A model generated the notes under the pieces. That model made no database searches. It was not told the DNA's origin and saw only the letters and a program-made list of their open reading frames with translations. The translations under genes were made by a program, and so were the position numbers. 64,000 bases of DNA, from IMG/VR virus record IMGVR_UViG_3300035492_000075. One strand, 5' to 3'. Source of the DNA: a virus. Shown in pieces: positions 7,877 to 15,970 of the stretch; within the stretch, counting starts at the first letter, position 1, and each line of letters starts with the position of its first letter.

Positions 7877-8461
7877 ATGACCTACAAGCAAAAAACACTC
7901 TCAACCCTCTTCGCTCTCATCGTTGGGTTTGGTTTTCTCTACTTCGATGGTAAAAGTCATGGAGCCCTTCGCAACTCATCAAGCTTCCACGATATCATTC
8001 CACTGGTGTATTTCACTACTGGATGGGATAAACCATTGATCCAATTTGACCTTGAAACCCGCCGCCAACGATGCAAGGCAGACCCAGAGTGCAACAAGCT
8101 AGCTGAGGCAGTAGTGTATGAGGCTCGCAACGATACGCTGTTCGGACAGTACGCGGTAGCCAGTGTCATCCTGAACCGTGTCGACGACCGTCGTTGGCCC
8201 AACACCATCCGTGGTGTGGTTCATCAGGGGAATGGATCACAGTTCGAATATCTGAAGAACATGCACATACAGAAGAAGCCCACACAAGCCGACTGGGACA
8301 CTGCACGAGTCGTTGCATTTGATCTCACGAATGGTATAATGCAACGAGTTACTGACGCAAACCATTACTATAACCCGCGTACAGTTCGTCGGAAGCCACG
8401 TTTCGCAGAGGTATACGAATACGTTCTCTCCACACAATTTCATGACTTCCACAAATGGTGA
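7877..8461 (+). CDS. SleB-type cell wall hydrolase with N-terminal signal-anchor
   Basis: KLAEAVVYEARNDTLFGQYAVASVILNRVDDRRWPNTIRGVVHQ...QFEY matches the Hydrolase_2/SleB pattern. N-terminal Gly/Ala-rich TM segment LSTLFALIVGFGFLYF. Confidence 0.75.
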   Translation: MTYKQKTLSTLFALIVGFGFLYFDGKSHGALRNSSSFHDIIPLVYFTTGWDKPLIQFDLETRRQRCKADPECNKLAEAVVYEARNDTLFGQYAVASVILNRVDDRRWPNTIRGVVHQGNGSQFEYLKNMHIQKKPTQADWDTARVVAFDLTNGIMQRVTDANHYYNPRTVRRKPRFAEVYEYVLSTQFHDFHKW

Positions 8462-8466
8462 ACATT

Positions 8467-9078
8467 ATGGCAAACGTATTTTTTATGGCAGACCTCCATC
8501 TGGGTCACAAAGCAATCGGTAAATATCGTCACGGTGTTAGCAACGTGGAAGAGAACACCGAGAAGCTGAAGAACAATTTCAATACGATGGTCAGTAAGCG
8601 GGACACCGTTTATTTCCTCGGCGACATCGCGTTTTCATGGGAAATGCTCATGGAGCTGAAGACATGGAACGGTAGCAAAATCCTGATCGCTGGTAACCAC
8701 TGCACTGACCATACCACTATGGCACAAATCATTGACTCTGGAGTGTTTAATGGTATTTACGCTCTGAAGAAGTACAAAGAGTTCTGGTTGTCACATGCAC
8801 CCATCCATCCTACTGAACTGCGTGGTAAAACAAACATCCATGGACATGTTCACTACCAGACACTGGAGGATGCTCGGTATGTGAACGTGTCTGTCGACAA
8901 CACCGATATGCGCCCGGTCGATCTGAACCACATTCGCAAGGTGATGCGTATGCGTCAGAATGACTCTTACACACCATCGATGGAAGTTCGTCTCCAAGAA
9001 GAGATCAACAGTGCGCTCGGTATCCGAGGACCGATAGAACGGAAAACAACTAAATACTCGGATATGATTATCCCATAG
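8467..9078 (+). CDS. metallophosphoesterase (calcineurin-like)
   Basis: Motifs FFMADLHLGH, YFLGD, IAGNHC and GHVH. Confidence 0.75.
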   Translation: MANVFFMADLHLGHKAIGKYRHGVSNVEENTEKLKNNFNTMVSKRDTVYFLGDIAFSWEMLMELKTWNGSKILIAGNHCTDHTTMAQIIDSGVFNGIYALKKYKEFWLSHAPIHPTELRGKTNIHGHVHYQTLEDARYVNVSVDNTDMRPVDLNHIRKVMRMRQNDSYTPSMEVRLQEEINSALGIRGPIERKTTKYSDMIIP

Positions 9079-9087
9079 GTGAGGAAG

Positions 9088-9249
9088 ATGAACATTCGAA
9101 AGAAACCACAAAAACGCCAGATAGCCACCAATCCGGTGGCTAAACACCTCGAAGAGCTCAATCGTCCTAAGACGCATCGAGACAGAACAAAGTATGATCG
9201 CCGTGACAAAGGCTTCCGAAAGGAAGCCTTTTTTGTATCTGCTGCTTGA
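9088..9249 (+). CDS. possible small basic protein (53 aa)
   Basis: Strong SD AGGTGAGGAAG before ATG 9088. Lys/Arg-rich. The 3' end runs through the terminator hairpin. Below the ORF-track cutoff. Confidence 0.4.
   Translation: MNIRKKPQKRQIATNPVAKHLEELNRPKTHRDRTKYDRRDKGFRKEAFFVSAA
9208..9236 (+). terminator. rho-independent terminator
   Basis: AGGCTTCC-GAAA-GGAAGCCT hairpin followed by TTTTTT. Confidence 0.7.
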
Positions 9250-9274
9250 CAGACCCCAGAGTTACCTGTACGAT
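9246..9274 (+). promoter_or_regulatory. sigma70-like promoter TTGACA-N17-TACGAT
   Basis: Hexamers at 9246-9251 and 9269-9274, right after the terminator. Confidence 0.55.
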
Positions 9275-9309
9275 TCTAGCCTAATCCTCAAGTAAAGACT
9301 GAAACCAAC

Positions 9310-9729
9310 ATGATATCAAATGAAGAGCTAGAAGCAACCAAGGGAAAAGACCTTCTCGTCTTTCTCGATGATGAGCGAGAACGCCAACACGTCACATGGA
9401 TGAAAATACCAGATCGCCCGGTAGCGAGAATTGTTCGCACCTACCAAGAATTTCTCGAAGAGGTTGATCGTCTCGCTGACCGTGGTGATCTCTCGGATGT
9501 TGCGTTCTCGTTCGATCACGATATCCAATGCATCAATACATACGGTGGTCGGGTGGTAGAACGCACTGGGTACGATTGCCTGCAATACCTGTTGATGGTA
9601 TGCGTACAACGTGATATCATGATCCCCACGGACGTTACGTTCCACACACAGAACCCAGTTGGATTAGCCAATATGGCTTCGTACTACAAGTTTGTCAAAA
9701 CCTACCAGAAGAATGGAGTAAGAGCATGA
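9310..9729 (+). CDS. cyclic-phosphate-processing receiver (cREC)-like domain protein
   Basis: The pattern VFLDDER...VRTYQEF...FSFDHDI...TGYDCLQYL...FHTQNPVG..NM matches the phage cREC/REC-like family as I remember it. Confidence 0.55.
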   Translation: MISNEELEATKGKDLLVFLDDERERQHVTWMKIPDRPVARIVRTYQEFLEEVDRLADRGDLSDVAFSFDHDIQCINTYGGRVVERTGYDCLQYLLMVCVQRDIMIPTDVTFHTQNPVGLANMASYYKFVKTYQKNGVRA

Positions 9730-10586
9730 TCCTTATCATCGACGCAAACGGTGAGAAGCACTACCCACAGCGGGTAAAGTACCCAAGTGGTGAGCTTGGA
9801 GTGAGTCTCCCCGAAGAAATGGTTGCACCACTTGAATTGCATTTCTGTTTCAAGAACAGCGATGATATCGTTGAGCTGATGTTGGTCGCAGAAGTGTTGA
9901 CACGCGCTCGATATAACAAATACACAAAATTGGTGATCCCATATCTACCGTTCGCCCGACAGGATCGTACAACCCACGAAACTGAGGCGTTCAGCCTCAA
10001 AGCGTTCGCACGATTGGTTAACAGTTTCAACTTCCACCATGTGGTTCTGTTTGACCCACACAGCGATGTATCTGCGGCTCTCTTCGATCATCCGTTGGTG
10101 ATCAATCAGCGCTCGTTGTTCGATGGCGTCACAACGCTGTACCCAGAGGTTGCTGCTAGTTTCGATACCGTTGATGTGGTCATCGCCCCAGATGCCGGAG
10201 CGGTCAAGAAAGCAAACGAAGTCGCAACATCACTCGGTAAGGGCATCCTGTTCGCATCAAAGACGCGTGACACGAATACCGGTAAACTGAGCAACATCGT
10301 CGCACCTGATAATGTCTTCGGTAAGAAGGTACTGATCGTCGACGACCTGATTGATGCCGGTGGTACGTTTATTGGTCTGGCTCAGGAACTGCGGAAAAAG
10401 GGTGCAACGAATGTATTTCTGTATGCAACTCACGGACTATTCACCAAAGGAGTGGACATCCTGCTTGACAGTGGCATCGACCGTATCGTAACATTCAACA
10501 CTTACAACACGGGCGAAACTGGGTTTACGAACCAATACCGGTGTTTTTATGCGGATTACCGCGAACTTCTGAAACACATCAAGTAA
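9726..10586 (+). CDS. prs: ribose-phosphate pyrophosphokinase (PRPP synthetase)
   Basis: PYLPFARQDR and the PRPP loop KVLIVDDLIDAGGT. ATGA coupling to the upstream ORF. Confidence 0.85.
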   Translation: MILIIDANGEKHYPQRVKYPSGELGVSLPEEMVAPLELHFCFKNSDDIVELMLVAEVLTRARYNKYTKLVIPYLPFARQDRTTHETEAFSLKAFARLVNSFNFHHVVLFDPHSDVSAALFDHPLVINQRSLFDGVTTLYPEVAASFDTVDVVIAPDAGAVKKANEVATSLGKGILFASKTRDTNTGKLSNIVAPDNVFGKKVLIVDDLIDAGGTFIGLAQELRKKGATNVFLYATHGLFTKGVDILLDSGIDRIVTFNTYNTGETGFTNQYRCFYADYRELLKHIK

Positions 10587-10598
10587 GGAACTGACATC

Positions 10599-12419
10599 AT
10601 GTTGAAACTCTTCGCACCAAATGTCGCCGACGTGTACAAAGTAGGACACGTCAACATGTACCAAGAGCAGTTGGAGTTCCTGTGCTCTAACATGACCCCT
10701 CGTACCGACAAGTATTTCGGTGCTCGTTCGGAACACTACGACGACACGATGGTTGTCTGGGGCATCCAAGGTCTGGTGAAAGAACTGCTCATTGAGCTGT
10801 GGAACGAAACATTCTTCGATCAACCGAAAGACAAGGTCATCATGCGGTATGCCCGTCGTATGAAAGGCATTCTGGGCTTCGACCTCGCGGTCGCTCACAT
10901 GGAAAACCTGTGGGAACTGGGCTTCATGCCCATCGAGATCAAGGCGCTGCCGGAAGGCTCTCGCGTTGGCATGAAAGTGCCTGTACTGACCATTCGTAAC
11001 ACCCTGCCGGGATTCGGTTGGTTGGTGAACTATCTGGAAACCGCCATCTCCAATATGCTCTGGAAGATGATGACAGTGGCTACCATCGCAGCCGAATACC
11101 GTCGCACCTTCGAGCACTACGCAACCATGACCGGTTGTACGGGTGATCTGCGCATGGCAATCGCAATCCAAGGTCACGATTTCTCGTACCGTGGCGTCGG
11201 TGGCCCTGAAGACGGTGCTCGTAGTAACTCTGGTCACCTGCTGTCGTTCATTGGTACTGATACGCCACCGGCTATCGACTATCTGGAAGACTACTACGGT
11301 GCTGATGAGCAGGTAATGGGTGAAGAACCAATTGGTGTGTCCGTTCCTGCGACTGAGCACAGTGTCAGCTCGACGAACATCATGTTCATCATGCGCAAAC
11401 TGGAAGAAGAAGGTGAGTACAAAGGCACGAAGGTTGGTTCGTTCGATTTCGACAACCGCCAACTGGCTGAATACTGCTTCCTGAAGGAACTGATCACCGA
11501 GAAGTACCCTTCTGGTATCGTCAGTTACGTGGCTGATACCTACGACTACTTCTTCGTGGTGAACCGTATCCTGCCGTTGCTGAAGGATGAGATCGAAAAC
11601 CGCCAGCCAGATGAACTTGGTTTTGCCAAGGTTGTGATCCGCCCGGACAGTGGTAAGCCACAGGAAATCCTGTGTGGGAATCTGCCTCGCTTCTACGGTA
11701 CACCGATCTCGGAGATCATGTCTGATATCGCCTCGAAGGGCTGGATGCTGATCGATGAGGATACCCCTCAAGGCATTCACACTGTCACACGACGTTTCTT
11801 TGTTGACGGTGTCTGCTACGAAGCGAAGTTTACTGTCCGTGTTGATCGTGGTCTGTTCAGTGGTGATGCAATCCCGTCGAGCGTTAGTCACAACGCAACC
11901 GCCGAAGTGGTTGAACCGTCTTGGGAAGAGCAAGGAACCTTCGATAGCCTGTACAAGACTTTCGGTGGCACCAAGACCGAAACTGGTCATATCCTGCTCA
12001 ACCCGAGTATCGGTGTGATCTACGGAGACTCGATCACAGTTCAGACACAGAACAGCATCCTGAAGCAGATGATGGAAGATGGTTACGCCTCAATCAACGT
12101 CGTCTTCGGGGTCGGTTCGTATTCTTACCAGTACATGACCCGTGATACCTTCGGCACTGCCATGAAGGCTACACATTGCACCATCGCTGGTGAGGATATC
12201 GAGGTCTACAAAGACCCGGCTACAGGCGACAAGATGAAGAAATCGGCACGAGGTTTACTGCGTGTTGAACTGGAAGACGGCAAGTATGTTCTCTATGATC
12301 AGCAAACTGAAGAACAGTCTGATCAAGGTGAATTGCGAACCGTGTTCATGAACGGTCAGATTCAAAACGAAGAGACTCTCCCGACGATCCGTCGTCGACT
12401 GGAACAGTGGTCGTTTTAA
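10599..12419 (+). CDS. nadV: nicotinamide phosphoribosyltransferase (NadV/Nampt family), unusually long
   Basis: N-terminal DVYKVGH, PATEHS, VIRPDSG, VIYGDSI and GVGSYSYQ motifs. 606 aa. Confidence 0.85.
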   Translation: MLKLFAPNVADVYKVGHVNMYQEQLEFLCSNMTPRTDKYFGARSEHYDDTMVVWGIQGLVKELLIELWNETFFDQPKDKVIMRYARRMKGILGFDLAVAHMENLWELGFMPIEIKALPEGSRVGMKVPVLTIRNTLPGFGWLVNYLETAISNMLWKMMTVATIAAEYRRTFEHYATMTGCTGDLRMAIAIQGHDFSYRGVGGPEDGARSNSGHLLSFIGTDTPPAIDYLEDYYGADEQVMGEEPIGVSVPATEHSVSSTNIMFIMRKLEEEGEYKGTKVGSFDFDNRQLAEYCFLKELITEKYPSGIVSYVADTYDYFFVVNRILPLLKDEIENRQPDELGFAKVVIRPDSGKPQEILCGNLPRFYGTPISEIMSDIASKGWMLIDEDTPQGIHTVTRRFFVDGVCYEAKFTVRVDRGLFSGDAIPSSVSHNATAEVVEPSWEEQGTFDSLYKTFGGTKTETGHILLNPSIGVIYGDSITVQTQNSILKQMMEDGYASINVVFGVGSYSYQYMTRDTFGTAMKATHCTIAGEDIEVYKDPATGDKMKKSARGLLRVELEDGKYVLYDQQTEEQSDQGELRTVFMNGQIQNEETLPTIRRRLEQWSF

Positions 12420-12438
12420 TAGACGACCCTGTTAAACT

Positions 12439-12472
12439 AAAAGCCGTTGGTGTCCATCTCCACGGCTTTTTT
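12439..12472. terminator. bidirectional rho-independent terminator between convergent genes
   Basis: AAAAGCCGTTGG...CCACGGCTTTTTT hairpin flanked by an A-run and a T-run. Confidence 0.7.
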
Positions 12473-12476
12473 GTGC

Positions 12477-13427
12477 CTACTGTATCATTCTCTGGATGTC
12501 TTCCAGTGTTTCATACATGAGGCACTCGGTGTGACCCCTGAACTTGTTTGTTGGTTCGAATCTCTTATTTCGCAGTACGTCTATTATCTGTTGCTCTAAT
12601 CTAAACGCATCTATCATTCGCATTTCTTTTAACTCTAGAACTTTTACAGTGATGTTGTCTAATTCGTACTGGTACTTTCTCCCTGTTCTCCAGTTTCTTG
12701 TTATCCCGACTTTCAAAAATCGTTCGTCTGTTGTATGATCTTCAAATGCTAGTAAGTACAGCACACCAGCAGCATCGGCAATCTCGGGATGTCTCGAAAA
12801 CCCAATCTCACTGTAAACTCCTCCACCCCTATTTGGGTAGCATATTGGGCATCGTGTTCTACCCTTCTCCCCTGCAAGTAATACTGGTTTCATTTCGAAA
12901 CTTCTATTAGTTTTCGTGCATATGAACGTCGCTTTGTTAGTGGTTCCTGTATATTCGAACCGCTCAAACGAGAAATGATCACCATGTTTATTCTTGATCT
13001 TTTCTTCTACCATGTCCTGCATAGCAATTCCCGTCCCACGTTTAGCGCACCTAGTGCATCCAATCCCGCGCATATGATCTTTCGGTAACTGTTCAAACTC
13101 ACCATGACGTGGGCATATAATAGTGACTTTGTCGCGTGATCGGGTGTATACGACCTTGCTGTAATCGTACTTGCCATTATGTGCTTTGGTCGACTTCTCT
13201 ATAAATTCGTCTTTTGTTGTCTTTCGTTTGGATACCGCACATGCTGGGCAACCATTTCGGTGAAGATGGCTGCTTGCTTTTTGTTCAAACTCACCGTGCG
13301 TTGGGCAAATGATTTTCACATTATCTTTTGACCCAGTGTAAACAACCTTAGAGTAATCATATTTGTCACCGTGGACGGTACGTGCTTTCTCTATAAATAA
13401 TTCAGTTGTCAGTTTTGTGTAAGACAT
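12477..13427 (-). CDS. free-standing homing endonuclease-like protein (three Zn-ribbon repeats + GIY-YIG/T5orf172-like C-terminal domain)
   Basis: Three tandem ~65-aa modules (KYDYSKVVY..IICP.HGEFEQ....GC..C). C-terminal VLYLLAF...LKVGIT...FRGHTEC. Lone minus-strand gene at a strand switch. Confidence 0.7.
   Translation of the reverse strand: MSYTKLTTELFIEKARTVHGDKYDYSKVVYTGSKDNVKIICPTHGEFEQKASSHLHRNGCPACAVSKRKTTKDEFIEKSTKAHNGKYDYSKVVYTRSRDKVTIICPRHGEFEQLPKDHMRGIGCTRCAKRGTGIAMQDMVEEKIKNKHGDHFSFERFEYTGTTNKATFICTKTNRSFEMKPVLLAGEKGRTRCPICYPNRGGGVYSEIGFSRHPEIADAAGVLYLLAFEDHTTDERFLKVGITRNWRTGRKYQYELDNITVKVLELKEMRMIDAFRLEQQIIDVLRNKRFEPTNKFRGHTECLMYETLEDIQRMIQ
13392..13399 (+). promoter_or_regulatory. 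T4-type late promoter-like TATAAATA
   Basis: Exact TATAAATA 44 nt upstream of the gp4-like start, embedded in the 5' end of the opposite-strand endonuclease gene. Confidence 0.35.
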
Positions 13428-13442
13428 AGGAGACACTCATCA

Positions 13443-13888
13443 TTGGCTAGAAATTATCAGCAGGGGATTTATGAAGTAAAAAATCCCGAAAAGTACGTTG
13501 GTACTAAGAACCCAAGATATTTATCGTCGTATGAGCGAGTTTTTTTTTTTCATGGGCAGATCGCTCTCCCGGTGTCCTCAAGTGGGGTGCAGAAGTCGTC
13601 GTTGTCAAATATTACAACCCTGTAAAACAACGTATGGCTAGGTACATCGTTGATGTCTTTATGGTTTATAGAACAAAGACCGGTGAAGAGAAGACCGCTC
13701 TCATCGAGATTAAACCAATGGCGCAGTGCAAGAAACCTACGAAAGGAAAAAAGAGCCAGAAGACAATCATCGAAGAGCAACTGACGTATGCGACCAACCA
13801 AGCAAAGTGGGAAGCAGCGGAAAAGTACGCGAAAGAGAGGGGATGGGAGTTCAGGGTGGTTACCGAGAACTCCATCTTCAAGGGCTAG
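13443..13888 (+). CDS. gp4: head completion nuclease (T4 gp4-like), interrupted by a -1 frameshift in a T11 run
   Basis: TTG start with an AGGAGA SD. N-part MARNYQQGIYEVKNPEKYVGTKNPRYLSSYERVFF continues in the -1 frame as SWADRSPGVLKWGAEVVVVKYYNPV...IEIKP...KWEAAEKYAKERGWEFRVVTE, which is gp4 family architecture. Confidence 0.7.
13540..13550 (+). repeat. T11 homopolymer at the gp4-like frameshift site
   Basis: Counted directly from the sequence. Confidence 0.95.
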
Positions 13889-14430
13889 GAAGGTCGAATT
13901 GACACGTACTGATCGAACAGCCAATAGTCGACGTTGTCATACTCCAGAGTGATCGAAATCTCCGTTTCTGCTGAGTCTGAGATATTTGGGTCACTATGGT
14001 TGACGTTTTGAATGAAACACCCTTTCAGCATAAACTTCTCTGTCTCTTCCTGTTTAGAGTTATACAGGATCAGTTCGACATCAAACTTATAATCGCGTCC
14101 CATATCCATCACACCGAACTTGTCGGGGTAGCGGTTCATCTGACGAAACATCTGAACATAGACGAATGTACTGACGATTGATTCTTCGTCGTCCCGAAAT
14201 GTGATTGTCACTGGAGCTAGTGTAATCTTCTGTGCATCCTTATACGTCGCACTACGTCGACTAAGCTGTGTTGTCACTACGTCGATGTTCGGGCGGATGA
14301 AGTTCTTCGTCTGTTTACCAAGGACGTTGCTGAAGTTCTCTGGTATCCCATAAAACTTCGCATAGAACGCATCATTACGACGATTCTTGTTGTTGAAGTT
14401 AACCAACTTCTCTTCTAATGTTAAAGCCAT
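13885..14430 (-). CDS. tail tube-fold protein (gp19/gp54/tube-terminator-like)
   Basis: AAGGAG SD. The C-terminal ...ETEISITLEYDNVDYW resembles the conserved C-terminus of T4 tube-family proteins. Lies next to the gp15-like gene. Confidence 0.5.
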   Translation of the reverse strand: MALTLEEKLVNFNNKNRRNDAFYAKFYGIPENFSNVLGKQTKNFIRPNIDVVTTQLSRRSATYKDAQKITLAPVTITFRDDEESIVSTFVYVQMFRQMNRYPDKFGVMDMGRDYKFDVELILYNSKQEETEKFMLKGCFIQNVNHSDPNISDSAETEISITLEYDNVDYWLFDQYVSIRPS

Positions 14431-14439
14431 ATAAACTCC

Positions 14440-15141
14440 TTACTGAGGACCATTCTCATCGATGATGGTTGTTAGTACGATTTCTTCGGACTCGTCGATG
14501 ATATTATTCGTGATCTCAAGAATAACACTGTCGGTGTCAATACCATGCGGATAACGAAGGCGTACTGGGACTTCGAAGTTCAACGTAAGCATAATCACCT
14601 CTTTCTGTGTTGAGAGAGGAGTCTGAATCTCAGGTTGAATCCCGACGAGGGTGATATCGGTGATATAGTCTGCGTTGTGTGCATCCGTGTCTACTTGGAT
14701 GGTTACCCTCGGGTTGAAGATGAGGAGAATCTGTTCCAGAATCTCGAACAATTCAGTCGTCGATGACGCGTAGATAGAAACGTCCATAGGGAGAATGAAC
14801 GCAGGTCCAAGTTTCCGCTCTAGCGTATCGTTGGAACCAATCATGTGCTTTGAAACCTTGTCGGTATGATACGGATTCGGTTTGTTCTCTTGGTCCACCT
14901 GAATACCAGTCATATTCACGGCGAGAACTGGAACACTCGCAGCAACGAAGCGGCTTTTCTTCGTGAGAACATTGGCGACCACACGAGACATGCTACCGTA
15001 AACGACTGGTACGCGTTTGGTGCGGACTTCACCGCCTCGCGCAACACCATCTTTCACTTGAAAGCCACTGAAAACGCGCATAAACTGACCGATGTATTTT
15101 TTAAACTGTTCCCCGTTACGGTATGGGTATAGTGATGACAT
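14440..15141 (-). CDS. gp15: tail sheath stabilizer/completion protein (T4 gp15-like)
   Basis: RVPVVYGS, VPVLAVNMTGIQVD, ELFEILEQILLIFNP and LTLNFEV parallel T4 gp15 blocks. ATG 15141 has a GGAGA SD; the listed 15153 start is a TTG. Confidence 0.7.
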   Translation of the reverse strand: MSSLYPYRNGEQFKKYIGQFMRVFSGFQVKDGVARGGEVRTKRVPVVYGSMSRVVANVLTKKSRFVAASVPVLAVNMTGIQVDQENKPNPYHTDKVSKHMIGSNDTLERKLGPAFILPMDVSIYASSTTELFEILEQILLIFNPRVTIQVDTDAHNADYITDITLVGIQPEIQTPLSTQKEVIMLTLNFEVPVRLRYPHGIDTDSVILEITNNIIDESEEIVLTTIIDENGPQ

Positions 15142-15159
15142 TTTTATCTCCAAACTGAC

Positions 15160-15180
15160 TATATTTAGGGTGTAAATACT
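15160..15180. promoter_or_regulatory. divergent late-type promoter motifs (minus CTAAATATA, plus GTAAATACT)
   Basis: 42-bp divergent intergenic region. Motifs at 15160-15168 (minus) and 15172-15180 (plus). Confidence 0.35.
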
Positions 15181-15183
15181 TAC

Positions 15184-15960
15184 ATGAGAAACGTATTCGA
15201 AGAAAAGCTAGCAGAAGCATTCAATAATGCCAGTTATATGGATGTTCGTGGTTTACGAGCATTGTATTATGGGCGTCTAGACTTGTATGCGTCATTCACC
15301 GACGATGGTGAAATCGAAACATCCGGCATGTCTGGTGGTTCTCTCGTGCGTCCAGAAGGTGTTCTCGGTCACACCATTGATGCGATTGTTGGTCGCAAGG
15401 TTAGCTCATCATACTTCTACGCCAACGTGTTCCGGTGGAGGAAGACACAGGTTTTCGTAGAAGACATCAGAACTCACAACTATGAGAAGTATCAGGACGA
15501 CTTGGAGTTGTTCAGAACACTCCGATACATCAAGCCGGGTGTTAAGGAAGCAGCCGAGAAGGCAGCAGAATCGTCGCTACTGCGTTCTTACTTTGAACGC
15601 CTATGGGTATTGACCAAAACAGCAGCAGAGGCGTCAGGATCGATTTCTGACCGCGTATGGGCTCAAATCCTCGATGACCTTGGTTATGCTGGTTTCTCTG
15701 ATCCATCTGGTAAGGGTATTCTGATTCCAGAGCGAGTACCATGCACACTGATTCTGAACCCCAGAGAGATTACAGAACTGGATATCGTCCCTATTCAAAA
15801 ATACAGAGTAGACCCACGACGCAGGATCGTGGATCAGGTAAATAGAAAAGTCAGAAAGATGGCTACGAAGCGAAACCGCATTGCTAAACGAAAGTTCAGT
15901 GATCGCACAGAAAGAGACAGCAACGGAAAGTCACTCTTTAACTTTCTGACGATGTTATAA
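15184..15960 (+). CDS. hypothetical protein
   Basis: 258-aa ORF with no obvious SD and a basic C-terminus. Confidence 0.55.
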   Translation: MRNVFEEKLAEAFNNASYMDVRGLRALYYGRLDLYASFTDDGEIETSGMSGGSLVRPEGVLGHTIDAIVGRKVSSSYFYANVFRWRKTQVFVEDIRTHNYEKYQDDLELFRTLRYIKPGVKEAAEKAAESSLLRSYFERLWVLTKTAAEASGSISDRVWAQILDDLGYAGFSDPSGKGILIPERVPCTLILNPREITELDIVPIQKYRVDPRRRIVDQVNRKVRKMATKRNRIAKRKFSDRTERDSNGKSLFNFLTML

Positions 15961-15970
15961 GGGGAAAGTA

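Noticed and set aside
10437-11990. 517-aa minus-strand ORF antisense to the Nampt gene
   Set aside because: It lies entirely within a well-supported plus-strand gene with conserved Nampt motifs. Its product has an implausible composition (rich in H, R, V, T, Q, C) and no SD. A long stop-free antisense frame is a codon-usage shadow.
15142-15153. Extended ORF-track starts that use TTG/GTG codons (15153, 18353, 20798, 43181, 51794, 13436, 26708, 4397, 5722)
   Set aside because: In each case an in-frame ATG with a proper SD lies a few codons downstream. The extension would run into a terminator hairpin, promoter or upstream gene, so the coordinates were trimmed accordingly.
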